DNA of 63,122 nucleotides from an uncultured Actinomycetes bacterium. Lineage in GTDB: Bacteria > Actinomycetota > Acidimicrobiia > Acidimicrobiales > Microtrichaceae. The position numbers and the translations under genes are program-made. The stretch spans positions 1 through 63,122 of the forward strand of contig CAIPVR010000306.1 of NCBI GenBank assembly GCA_903868545.1. Direction: 5' to 3'. Below, piece by piece: positions 44,587 to 53,754 of the stretch (its first letter is position 1; every line of letters begins with the position of its first letter). The notes beneath the pieces are model-generated. The model made no database searches, was not told the DNA's origin, and was given only the letters and a program-made list of their open reading frames with translations.

Positions 44587-45818
44587 CCACGGACGACGCC
44601 ACCGGCGAACTCGACGTGTCCGACCTGGACCGCCACATGGGCGTCCCGATGGAGCCGGGACTCCTGAAGGAGCCGGTGGCCACCAACGACATCCGCCGTT
44701 GGGTCCAGGCGATGCACTACCCGAACCCGCTCCACTACGACGACCGCTGGGCCGCCGCGAGCCGCTTCAGCGGGATCGTGGCCCCCCAGTCGTTCACCGT
44801 GGCCTGCGACACGAGCCACGGCTGTTCGCCGGCCCAGGTGGGCCGGATCCCCGAGTCGCACCTGATCTTCGGCGGTGACGACTGGTGGTTCTTCGGACCC
44901 CGGGTGTGGCCCGGCGACCACCTGATCTGCCACCGGATGCCCTACGACTACCGGGTCACCGAGACCAAGTTCGCCGGGCCGACGTGCTTCCAGCGGGGCG
45001 ACACCCTCTACGTGAACCAACGTGGCGAACGGGTGGCGCTCCAGCGCTCCACCGCCATCCGCTACCGGCCCCGGCGGGCCAAGGAGAAGCAGCTGTTCTC
45101 CGAGCCGCAGGAGCCGTCGTGGACCGACGGCCAGCTGGCGGAACTCGAGGAGCGCAAGCTCGCCTTCATCGACCAGATCCAGGCGCTCGGTCACGACCCC
45201 CGCCCGTGGGGGTCGGTGTCGGCGGGCGACCGGCTGGCCGAGCACGTGCTCGGGCCCCACAGCCTCGCCAGCTTCACCACCGAGTGGCGCGCCTACCCGA
45301 TGACCACGTGGGGGGCCACCCGCAAGGGGCCGACCTCCCTCTCGGCCGAGGAGCTCGGCTACACGAAGGAGATGGCCGGCCTCGAGGGGGACCGGGAGGT
45401 GGAACGGGTGAACCCCGAGCTCACCGACGGCGCCTACCACGGGCCCTCCCGCGGTCACCTCCAGCCCCGGTGGGCCGAGCACGTGGGCATGCCCCGCGGC
45501 TACGGGTACGGGGCCTCGATGGGGGCGTGGGTGCTCGACTACGTGTCCGGCTGGGCGGGCGAGTGGGGGATGGTGACCCACTCCGAGGCGCAGTACCGCA
45601 ACCCGGCGTTCACCGGCGACGCCACCTTCCTCAGCGGGGTGGTGGCCGAGACCTGGGTGGACCGCCGTGGTCGTCATCTCGTGAGGGTGGACGTGGACAT
45701 GCGCAACCAGGACGACGCCGTCCTGGCCCGGGCGAAGGTGGAGGTGGCCCTCCCCGACGAGGCCGCCCTCGCCGCCGGCCGGGTGAACGACGGACAGGAA
45801 CGAGGGTCGATCCGATGA
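44583..45818 (+). CDS. double-hotdog (MaoC/FAS1-like dehydratase) protein
   Basis: 411 aa in two hotdog-like halves. The N-terminal half has NDIRRWVQAMHYPNPLHYD and the C-terminal half has an AQYRNPAFTGD region. GTGA overlap at the start. Confidence 0.7.
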   Translation: MTTDDATGELDVSDLDRHMGVPMEPGLLKEPVATNDIRRWVQAMHYPNPLHYDDRWAAASRFSGIVAPQSFTVACDTSHGCSPAQVGRIPESHLIFGGDDWWFFGPRVWPGDHLICHRMPYDYRVTETKFAGPTCFQRGDTLYVNQRGERVALQRSTAIRYRPRRAKEKQLFSEPQEPSWTDGQLAELEERKLAFIDQIQALGHDPRPWGSVSAGDRLAEHVLGPHSLASFTTEWRAYPMTTWGATRKGPTSLSAEELGYTKEMAGLEGDREVERVNPELTDGAYHGPSRGHLQPRWAEHVGMPRGYGYGASMGAWVLDYVSGWAGEWGMVTHSEAQYRNPAFTGDATFLSGVVAETWVDRRGRHLVRVDVDMRNQDDAVLARAKVEVALPDEAALAAGRVNDGQERGSIR

Positions 45819-46795
45819 CCGGGCACCGCATCTTCTCCACGGCGCCGCTGCGCGGCGAGGGACTGGAGCGCCTCCGTGCGCTGGGGGAGGTGGTGGTCGA
45901 CCCGTGGATCGACCACGACCCCCTGCGCCTCTACGACAGTGCCGCCCTCGCCGAACGGGCCGCGGCGGAGGGGGCCACGGTCCTCATCTGCGAGGCCGAC
46001 TCCTGCAAGGGGCCGGTGTTCGACCTCCCGCTGGTGGCCATCGGGTCCACCCGCGGCGACCCGACCAACGTCGACCTCGCCGGCGCCACCGCAGCGGGCA
46101 TCCCCGTCCTGCGGGCCCCGGGCCGCAACGCCGACGGCGTGGCCGAACTGGCCGTCGCGCTCGCGTTGGCCGCCACCCGGGGCCTGGTCGCCGCCGACCG
46201 TGACGTCCGCGAGGGCCAGGTGTACCGGGGTGGCTCCATCCCGTACCAGCGCTTCCGCGGGTGGCAGCTCGCCGGCCGGACCGCCGGCATCGTCGGCTAC
46301 GGCGCAGTGGGCCGGGCCGCGGCCTGGCGTTTCGAGGGGCTGGGCATGCGGGTGATCAGCTCGGACCCGTTCGCCGCCGACGCCACCCACGACCTCGATG
46401 ACCTCCTCGCCGAGGCGGACCTGGTGTCGATGCACGCCGCGGTCACCCCCGACACGGTCGGGCTGATCTCCGCCGAACGGCTCGCGCTCATGCGGCCCGG
46501 CTCGGTGTACGTCAACACCGCCCGGGCCGCCCTGCACGACCTCGACGCCCTCACCGCGGCGCTGGCCGACGGACGCCTGGCCGCTGCGGGGCTCGACCAC
46601 TTCGAGGGCGAGAACCTCGCCGTGGACCACCCGCTCGTGGGCATGGCGAACGTGGTGCTGACCCCCCACATCGGCGGCGCCACCTACGACACCGAGGCCA
46701 ACCACACCGCGCTGATGGCCTCGGGCCTCGAGGCCCTGCTGCGCGGCGAGACCCCGTCCAACCTCGCCAACCCGGAGGTCATGTCCCGTGACTGA
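45815..46795 (+). CDS. D-isomer-specific 2-hydroxyacid dehydrogenase
   Basis: GIVGYGAVGRAAA NAD fold, VNTARAAL and TPHIGGAT are present. ATGA overlap at the start. Confidence 0.85.
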   Translation: MTGHRIFSTAPLRGEGLERLRALGEVVVDPWIDHDPLRLYDSAALAERAAAEGATVLICEADSCKGPVFDLPLVAIGSTRGDPTNVDLAGATAAGIPVLRAPGRNADGVAELAVALALAATRGLVAADRDVREGQVYRGGSIPYQRFRGWQLAGRTAGIVGYGAVGRAAAWRFEGLGMRVISSDPFAADATHDLDDLLAEADLVSMHAAVTPDTVGLISAERLALMRPGSVYVNTARAALHDLDALTAALADGRLAAAGLDHFEGENLAVDHPLVGMANVVLTPHIGGATYDTEANHTALMASGLEALLRGETPSNLANPEVMSRD

Positions 46796-47462
46796 GACCA
46801 CGTCACCCACCACCAGCTCGCCCACCACCACGCCGGAGGCGGTGCTCGCCGCGGCGAGGACGATGCTCGAGCTCGGCCTCGTGGAGGGCACGTCGGGCAA
46901 CATCTCGGGCCGGCTGGAGGGTGGCCTGGTGTGCCTCACGCCCTCCTCGGTCGCCTACGACACGATGACCCTGGAGGACCTCGTCGTGGTGGACCTCGAG
47001 GGGGAGGTGGTGTCCGGCACCCGCTCGCCGACCACCGAGAAGGACCTCCACCTGTCGGTGCTGCGCCGCTATCCGGAGCTGGGCTCGGTGATCCACACCC
47101 ACGCGGTGTACGCCACGATGTTCGCCCTGGCCCACGAACCGATCCCCGCGGTGATCGAGGAGGTCGTGGTGTACGTGGGCGGCGACGTGCCGTGCTGTGA
47201 GTACAAGGGGACCGGTTCCCGCGAACTCGGCGAGGAGGTGGCGTCGCACCTCGCCGACCGCGGCGCGGCGCTGCTCGCCAACCACGGCCTCGTCACGTGC
47301 GCGGCCACGCCGGAGACGGCGCTGCACCACGCGGGCCTCGTGGAACGGACCGCCAAGATCATCTGGGGGGCGCGGTCGATGGGGGCCACGATCCACCCGT
47401 TGCCGGAGAAGGTGAACCGCGACATGGCCGGTGTGTACCGCTTCGTGCGGGAGAACCCGTGA
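46788..47462 (+). CDS. class II aldolase/adducin-family protein
   Basis: GTSGNISGR and VIHTHAVYAT (zinc His motif) are present. The GTG start overlaps the previous gene by 8 nt. Confidence 0.85.
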   Translation: MTETTSPTTSSPTTTPEAVLAAARTMLELGLVEGTSGNISGRLEGGLVCLTPSSVAYDTMTLEDLVVVDLEGEVVSGTRSPTTEKDLHLSVLRRYPELGSVIHTHAVYATMFALAHEPIPAVIEEVVVYVGGDVPCCEYKGTGSRELGEEVASHLADRGAALLANHGLVTCAATPETALHHAGLVERTAKIIWGARSMGATIHPLPEKVNRDMAGVYRFVRENP

Positions 47463-47899
47463 CGATCGGCGACCCGGCCTGGCGCGCCGCGGTGGCCGAG
47501 GCGCTCGACGCCGCGGTGCCCGGCTCGGTGGAGCTGGGCGCCCTCGACTACGTGGAGCAACTGCTCGGCGCGCTCGACCACGACCCGCCCCGGATCTGGG
47601 CGGCGCCGGGCAGCTGGGACGGCGCCGGGGGTGATCGCCCGGCCGGGGCCCCGTCGTGGCTGGAACTGGGCCCGTGGGAGCGACAGGCCTGGGAACGGCG
47701 CATCGAGGGATGGCGCGAGGCCTACGAGCGCGTGGCCGCGGGCCGCGCCGAGGAGGACGACCTCCGGACGGTGCACGTGCACGCCTGCGAGGGCACCTAC
47801 GGCGATCCGGCCTACGGGGGTAACCGCGACGGGGGTGGTTGGGCGCGCATCGGGTTCCCCGAGCCGCTGCACCCGCCGGCCCGGGAGGTGGCCGGGTGA
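47459..47899 (+). CDS. gluconate 2-dehydrogenase subunit-3-like small subunit (no Tat signal)
   Basis: Family-typical CEGTYGDPAYGGNRDGGGWARIGFP is present. The GTG start forms a GTGA overlap. The N-terminus VTIGDPAWRAAV has no twin-arginine leader. Confidence 0.7.
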   Translation: MTIGDPAWRAAVAEALDAAVPGSVELGALDYVEQLLGALDHDPPRIWAAPGSWDGAGGDRPAGAPSWLELGPWERQAWERRIEGWREAYERVAAGRAEEDDLRTVHVHACEGTYGDPAYGGNRDGGGWARIGFPEPLHPPAREVAG

Positions 47900-49656
47900 G
47901 CACCTGGGACTGCGACGCGGTGGTCATCGGGTCGGGGCCGGGGGGCTCCACCGCGGCCGAGGTGCTCTGCGCGGCCGGCTGGTCGGTGGTGGTGCTCGAG
48001 AAGGGCCGCAACCACCTGATCGACACCGAGCCGCCGCACGATCCGCTGCGGCACTTCGCGAACGACGAACTCGCTGCGCACCGCCGTCACCTCCTCGGGC
48101 CGGACCCGCTGCTCGAGCCCCGCAGCTACCGGCGTTCGGCCGAGGACGGCGATCGCCTGGTGGTGGGGGAGGTCAACAACCTGCCCTCCACGGTCGGCGG
48201 CGGAGGCGTCCACGCCGACGCGAAGCTCCCCCGGTTCCGGGAGGAGGACTTCCGGCTCCGGAGCGAGCGCGGACCGGTCGACGACGCGTCGGTGGAGGAC
48301 TGGCCCCTCTCCTACGACGACCTCGAACCGCACTACGCGGCGGTCGAGGAACTCTTCGGGGTCGCCGGCGAGGCCGGCGCCAACCCCTTCGCCGCGCCCC
48401 GCAGCTCGCCCTACCCGCTCCCGCCGGGCGACGACATGCCGATGGCCGTGGTCACCGCGGCGGCCGCCGCCCGCGCCGGCCTCCATCCGTACCGGGCCCC
48501 CACCGGGGTCAACAGCGTCCCGAACGACGGGCGGCCCGCCTGCACCGACTGCGGCTTCTGCGGCGGGTACGGCTGTCCGGTCCAGGCCAAGAGCGACCCG
48601 GTGAGCGCCCTGCAGCGGGCGCTGCGGTCCGGGCGCTGCGACCTGCGACCGGAGTGCTACGCCACCGAGCTGGTTCTCGACGCCACCGGCCGGCGGGCCA
48701 CCGGGGTGCGGTACCTCGACCTGCGGGAGCACCCGGAACCGGCGACCCGGGAGGTCCGGGCCCGCCACGCCGTGATCCTGGCGGGCGGGGCGTTCGAGAC
48801 GCCCCGGTTCCTGCTGCGCCAGGGCCTCGGCGGGGACCTCGTCGGACGGTTCCTCACGTACCACTACCAGACCTTCACCGTCGGCATGTTCCCCCGGGAT
48901 CGCTTCCCGGACGGCACGGGCGGGGAGCGGGGCCGCAGCGTGACCCACCTCCACGACGACCTGATGGTCGACACGCCGGAACTGCGCCGGGCGGCGGCCG
49001 GGGCGGGCCTGCCGTGGGTGCGCGGCGGGGTGGTGGAGCACGGCGCCGGACAGATGCCGGTGGAGGAGGCCGTCACCTACGGTGCGGGGCCGCACCACCT
49101 CGACTCGATGCGCGACAGCGCGCTCCGTCGCCGGATGTGGGTGTTCACCATGCAGGGCGAGGACCTCCCGCAGGGCTCCAACCGGGTCGACCTCGACCCG
49201 TCGGTGCGCGACGTGTGGGGGCTCCCCGCCGGCCGGGTGACCTACGCCCCGCACCCCCACGAGCTGGTGGCCTCGGCGTTCGCGGGGCCCCTCCACGAGG
49301 CGGTGCTCACCGATGCCGGGGCCGAGGTGGCCTTCAGCGCCACCTCGCCGCCGCAGGGTGACCTCGACGTGCACCTCGCCGCCAACCCGCTGGGGGTGGC
49401 ACCCGCGTCGCGCCACGTCATGGGGACGGCACGCATGGGGTCGGACCCGGCCACGTCGGTGGTGTCGGCCGAGCAGCGGTTGTGGGGCGTCGACAACGTC
49501 CTCGTGTGCGACTCCTCGGTGTTCGTCACCTCGACCGGGTACAACCCGACGCTGACCCTCGCCGCACTGGCCCACCGGGCCACCACCCTGCTGGCGGGGG
49601 CTCAGCCGTCGGCCCGCGCCACCGCCTCGGCGGTCAGGCGGCGGAAGCGTTCGTAG
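47896..49656 (+). CDS. GMC-family FAD oxidoreductase (catalytic subunit) with Cys-rich insert
   Basis: DAVVIGSGPGGS FAD fold, CTDCGFCGGYGCP cysteine cluster and a C-terminal GMC region (HVMGTARMG, NPTLTLAALA). GTGA overlap at the start. Confidence 0.85.
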   Translation: MSTWDCDAVVIGSGPGGSTAAEVLCAAGWSVVVLEKGRNHLIDTEPPHDPLRHFANDELAAHRRHLLGPDPLLEPRSYRRSAEDGDRLVVGEVNNLPSTVGGGGVHADAKLPRFREEDFRLRSERGPVDDASVEDWPLSYDDLEPHYAAVEELFGVAGEAGANPFAAPRSSPYPLPPGDDMPMAVVTAAAAARAGLHPYRAPTGVNSVPNDGRPACTDCGFCGGYGCPVQAKSDPVSALQRALRSGRCDLRPECYATELVLDATGRRATGVRYLDLREHPEPATREVRARHAVILAGGAFETPRFLLRQGLGGDLVGRFLTYHYQTFTVGMFPRDRFPDGTGGERGRSVTHLHDDLMVDTPELRRAAAGAGLPWVRGGVVEHGAGQMPVEEAVTYGAGPHHLDSMRDSALRRRMWVFTMQGEDLPQGSNRVDLDPSVRDVWGLPAGRVTYAPHPHELVASAFAGPLHEAVLTDAGAEVAFSATSPPQGDLDVHLAANPLGVAPASRHVMGTARMGSDPATSVVSAEQRLWGVDNVLVCDSSVFVTSTGYNPTLTLAALAHRATTLLAGAQPSARATASAVRRRKRS

Positions 49657-50987
49657 CGGTCCGTGGCCGCCTCGTGGGCACGGGCGTCGGGTTCGACCTG
49701 GTGCGACGTGCGGGCCCACCGGGCCGCGTCGGTCATCGACCGCTCCAGTCCGGCGGTGCAGCGGGCCATGAACGCCGTGCCGAGCGCGGCCCCCTCGGGC
49801 ACGGCCACCACGTCGACCGGCAGGCCGGTGCTGTCGGCCAGGGCCTGCATCCACGCCCCGGAGCGGCTGCCCCCGCCGGTGGCGACGATCCGTCGCGGGC
49901 GGGCCCCGACGGCCGCGGCGAGATCCAGCTGGTGGCGGACCACGAAGCCCGTGGCCTCGTAGGCGGCCCGGAGGAGGTGGGCCTGCTCGTGCTGGAGCGA
50001 CGCGCCGTGGAGCTCGGTCCGCAGGTCGCGGCGGTGCAGCGGTACCCGCTCGCCCCGCGGGTACGGGAGCCAGACCGGGAGGTCGTCGGTGGGTGCCGGA
50101 TCGTGATCCGCCCCGACCGGGACCCCCAGCCACCGGTGCACCTGGTCCACGAACAGGCCGCCGGCGTTGCTGGGCCCACCGATCAGCACCTTGCCCGGCG
50201 CGGTGTGGGGGACGGTCCAGAGGCCGGGGGTCGTCGCCCAGTCGTCGATCACGGCCCACGTGATGAGGGTGGTCCCGCAGATCACCAGCACGTCGCCGGT
50301 GGCATCAGCGCCGGCCACCACCTGCTCGCCGAGCGCGTCGATCGTGCCGCCCCCCACGAGGGCCCCGGCGGCGGGGTGCCCGTCGAGGACGGTGCCGGCC
50401 GGCGAGGTGCCGGGCACCACGACGGGGAGGGCCTCGACGGGCACGCCCGCCTCCGCGGCCCGCGCCGGGTCCCATCCCTGGAAGTCGAACAACGGGACCG
50501 CGGTCATCGCCGTCGCCGAGTCGATGGCCCCCACTCCGCACAGGGCGTGGTTGGCCACGGCCTGTGCGGGCCAGTACCCGGCCGCGTCGGGTGCGTGGGC
50601 GGCGAGCCAGCGCAGGAACGCCAGCAGCTCGCCGGAGTCACCCGCCTCGTCGGGCCGGTTGTCCTCGGTGACGCCACGGTGGTCGCCGTAGAGGAGGCCG
50701 GGGGAGCAGCCGTGGCCCGAACGGTCCACCGCGCCGAGCGAGGGGACCATCGCCGAGACGTTCACCGCCGCCACGTCGTGGCCGGCGGCCACACCGGTGA
50801 GGGCGTCGAGCACGCCGCGACGCCACGCGGTGTCGATGTCGTGCTCGAAGGCCCCGGGCCCGGGCCGCCGGAGCGGATGGGGGATCCTCGTCCGTGACAG
50901 GACGGTGCCGTCCTCGTCGGCCGCGACCGCCTTCACCGAGGTGGTGCCGATGTCGACGCCCACCGTCACCGTGCGAGAACCTGACAT
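49602..50987 (-). CDS. FGGY-family carbohydrate kinase (xylulokinase-like)
   Basis: GVDIGTTSVKA and ATGGGSRS are present. ATG 50987 lies inside the palindrome, with TATTCT 7 nt upstream. The 3' end overlaps the convergent GMC gene by 55 bp. Confidence 0.85.
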   Translation of the reverse strand: MSGSRTVTVGVDIGTTSVKAVAADEDGTVLSRTRIPHPLRRPGPGAFEHDIDTAWRRGVLDALTGVAAGHDVAAVNVSAMVPSLGAVDRSGHGCSPGLLYGDHRGVTEDNRPDEAGDSGELLAFLRWLAAHAPDAAGYWPAQAVANHALCGVGAIDSATAMTAVPLFDFQGWDPARAAEAGVPVEALPVVVPGTSPAGTVLDGHPAAGALVGGGTIDALGEQVVAGADATGDVLVICGTTLITWAVIDDWATTPGLWTVPHTAPGKVLIGGPSNAGGLFVDQVHRWLGVPVGADHDPAPTDDLPVWLPYPRGERVPLHRRDLRTELHGASLQHEQAHLLRAAYEATGFVVRHQLDLAAAVGARPRRIVATGGGSRSGAWMQALADSTGLPVDVVAVPEGAALGTAFMARCTAGLERSMTDAARWARTSHQVEPDARAHEAATDRYERFRRLTAEAVARADG

Positions 50988-50996
50988 GGGTGTCAG
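50981..50996. promoter_or_regulatory. operator-like palindrome, site 11 (contains kinase start codon)
   Basis: CTGACATGGGTGTCAG lies in the divergent FGGY kinase / Zn-ADH spacer. Confidence 0.6.
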
Positions 50997-51025
50997 AATA
51001 GGCCCCCACCGACCGAGAGGGCCCG

Positions 51026-52267
51026 ATGCGAGCACTGGTCTACGGCACTGCGACCCAGCCCTTCGAGCCACCGGAGGGGGCGCCGGAGCTGGTGCGGAAC
51101 CTCGCGGCCACCCCGTGCGCCCTCCAGGAGATCCCCGACGCCCGGCCGCTCCGGCCCGACTGGTACGTCGTGCGCCCTCTGCTCACCGGCATCTGCGGCT
51201 CCGACGCCAAACAGATCCTCATGGACTTCGAGGGCGACACCGACAGCGCGATGAGCGGGTTCGTGTCGTTCCCGCAGGTGCTCGGCCACGAGGTGGTGGG
51301 CCTGGTGGAGGAGGCCGGGCCCGAGGCCGAGGGGTTCGAGGTGGGCGACCGGGTGGTGCTGAACCCGTGGCTGTCCTGCGCCACCCGGGGGATCTCGCCG
51401 GTGTGCCCGGCGTGCGAGCACGGCGACCTCAGCCTCTGCTGGAACTTCACCTCCGACGCCTTCGCGAAGGGGATCCACACCGGCACGTCGGCCGACGCCA
51501 CCGGCGGGTACGCGGAACTCCTGCCGGCCCACTCCTCGATGCTGTTCGCGGTCCCCGAGGGTCTCGACGACCGCCGGGCCGTCCTGGCCGACCCGTTCGC
51601 CGTGTCGCTGCACTCGGTGACCCGGCACCCCCCGCCACCGGGCGGGCGGGTGCTGGTCTGGGGCGCAGGTGCACTCGGGTGCTCGGCGGTGGCGGCGTTG
51701 CGGGCGCTGTATCCCGACGTGGAGATCGGCGTGGTGGCCCGCTTCGACGCCCAGGCCGACCTCGCGAGCGGCCTCGGGGCGCACGCGGTGTTCCGCCCCG
51801 CCCCGAAGGCCGAGATGGTGGAGACACTGGCCGCATGGTCCGGCGGGGTCCTCCGTCCCACGATGGAGGGCCTCGACGGCATCCCGATGTGCCATCCCGG
51901 CTTCATCGACGTCGCCTACGACACCATCGCCAAGCCGGAGACGTTCGAGGTCGAGGTGCGCGTGCTGGCGGCGCGGGGGACCCTGGTCAAGAGCGGCGTC
52001 CATCCGCCGGCGCGCTGGGAGTGGAGCCCGCTCTACTTCAAGGAGATCTCGATGGTGGGGTCGAACGCCTTCGGCATCGAGGAGGTGCGGGGCGAACGGC
52101 GCCACGGCATCGAGCACTACCTGCGCCTGGCCGCCGCCGGGGAGGTGGACCTGTCGCGGATGCTCACCCACGTCGTCCCGCTGAGCGAGTGGCAGCGGGC
52201 CTTCACCCTGGTCGGCGACCAGGCCGCGAGCGGCGCGATCAAGGTGGCGATCGACCCGGCGCGCTGA
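51026..52267 (+). CDS. zinc-dependent medium-chain alcohol/polyol dehydrogenase
   Basis: CGSD, GHEVVG and CPACEHGDLSLC structural-zinc loop are present. GAGALG is present. RBS GAGAGGG. Confidence 0.85.
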   Translation: MRALVYGTATQPFEPPEGAPELVRNLAATPCALQEIPDARPLRPDWYVVRPLLTGICGSDAKQILMDFEGDTDSAMSGFVSFPQVLGHEVVGLVEEAGPEAEGFEVGDRVVLNPWLSCATRGISPVCPACEHGDLSLCWNFTSDAFAKGIHTGTSADATGGYAELLPAHSSMLFAVPEGLDDRRAVLADPFAVSLHSVTRHPPPPGGRVLVWGAGALGCSAVAALRALYPDVEIGVVARFDAQADLASGLGAHAVFRPAPKAEMVETLAAWSGGVLRPTMEGLDGIPMCHPGFIDVAYDTIAKPETFEVEVRVLAARGTLVKSGVHPPARWEWSPLYFKEISMVGSNAFGIEEVRGERRHGIEHYLRLAAAGEVDLSRMLTHVVPLSEWQRAFTLVGDQAASGAIKVAIDPAR

Positions 52268-52286
52268 CCGGTCGCAGCCGGAACGC

Positions 52287-53282
52287 TCAGCCCGGCGTGG
52301 TCCGGGGGAGCAGGGGCACCACGTCCTGCATCCATGCGGTGAGGGAGTCGTGGCCCGGTGCGTCGCGGAACCAGAGGATGAACTCGGCGCAACCCGCCTC
52401 CACGAAGGCGGCGGCCTTCTCCGCCACCTGTTCCACCGTGCCGACCAGGTTGTCGGCGAGGTACTCGTCGTGGCCCACACGGCCCCACAGGTGGCCGCCG
52501 TCGGGTGAGTCGAGCCACCGGCGCAGGTCGGCCTCGGACTCCACCACCAGGCAGTCGGGACCGTGCGTGCGCACCACCGAGGCCGGGTCCCTCCCGATCT
52601 CCTCGCAGTACCGGGCGAGCAACCCGGACTTGCGGACGAAGGCCTCGAGGCCCACCTGCCAGTTGGTGGCGTCCGCGTGCCGCGCCGCGATGCGCAGGGT
52701 CACCCGTTCGCCGCCACCCCCCACCAGCAGCGGCGGTCGGGGTGCCCGCAGCGGCTGCGGTTCGCAGTAGGCGCCGTCGAGCCGGACGAAGCGCCCGTCG
52801 AAGTCCACCGTCTCCTCGCTCCAGAGACGGGGGATGACCTCGAGTGCCTCGTCGAGCATCGCCAGGCGGTCGCGGTCGCCGGGGTAGGTCCACCCGTAGG
52901 CCTGGTACTCCCGCTCGTACCAGCCGGCCCCGAGGCCGAGGATGAGTCGTCCGCCCGACATCACGTCGATGCCGGCCGCCTCCTTGGCGAGCAGCCCGAC
53001 GTTGCGGTAGCCGACACAGGTGACGAGCTGGCCGAGCTCCACCCGTTCGGTGCGCTGCGAGAGCGCGGCCAGGGTGGTGAAGGCCTCGAAGGTGTGCGTG
53101 CGCTCACGCCGCGGGACGGTCTCCACGTGGTCGTAGACCCACACGTGGTCGTAGCCGAGCTCCTCGGCGTGACGGGCGAAGTCGACGGTGGTCGACCACG
53201 CCGTGGCGGCATCGACGCCGAGGTACTCGAGCTTCCAGCCCTGCGGCACGAACGCGCCGTGGCGTACGGGTCGGCCGGCCAT
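52287..53282 (-). CDS. LLM-class F420-dependent oxidoreductase
   Basis: HVWVYDH and GGRLILGLGAGW are present. The domain organisation is typical of luciferase-like proteins. Confidence 0.85.
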   Translation of the reverse strand: MAGRPVRHGAFVPQGWKLEYLGVDAATAWSTTVDFARHAEELGYDHVWVYDHVETVPRRERTHTFEAFTTLAALSQRTERVELGQLVTCVGYRNVGLLAKEAAGIDVMSGGRLILGLGAGWYEREYQAYGWTYPGDRDRLAMLDEALEVIPRLWSEETVDFDGRFVRLDGAYCEPQPLRAPRPPLLVGGGGERVTLRIAARHADATNWQVGLEAFVRKSGLLARYCEEIGRDPASVVRTHGPDCLVVESEADLRRWLDSPDGGHLWGRVGHDEYLADNLVGTVEQVAEKAAAFVEAGCAEFILWFRDAPGHDSLTAWMQDVVPLLPRTTPG

Positions 53283-53283
53283 G

Positions 53284-53727
53284 TCAGGCGAACTCCCAGT
53301 ACTGGACCTCGACCATCATCGGCAGGAGGAACCCGACGTAGAAGGCGTGGATCCTCACCACGTCGAAGTCGTCGACCGAGGGCTCGATCACGTCGACGCG
53401 GCGGTCGGTCGCGGCCCGGGCGGCCACCCGTTCCCAGGCGGCGTCGAGGTCGTCCTTCGACGAGACCGACATTCCGAAGTGGTCGAGCCGCGGGCACCGC
53501 ATCGGGTCGTCCTCGGCGTGGAGGAACACGAACTGGTCCCAGTGGCCGACGGCGAGGACCATCTTGGTGCGGTCCACGGTCTCGCTCGGCAGTTCCGACC
53601 AGCCGAAGCACCCTCCGTAGAAGGACGCGAGTTCCTCGCGGCCGGTGGCGCCGAGCAGGTCGGGCGGCACCGACACGGCCACGTGGTTGAGCCGGGGGAT
53701 CCCGGCGGGGAACAGGGTGTCGCTCAT
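53284..53727 (-). CDS. VOC/glyoxalase-family protein
   Basis: PRLNHVAVSV and DHFGMSV repeat the VOC beta-alpha-beta-beta-beta modules. The stop lies 1 nt from the LLM start. Confidence 0.75.
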   Translation of the reverse strand: MSDTLFPAGIPRLNHVAVSVPPDLLGATGREELASFYGGCFGWSELPSETVDRTKMVLAVGHWDQFVFLHAEDDPMRCPRLDHFGMSVSSKDDLDAAWERVAARAATDRRVDVIEPSVDDFDVVRIHAFYVGFLLPMMVEVQYWEFA

Positions 53728-53754
53728 CGTGGGGTCTCCTGTGCGCTCCGGGTC

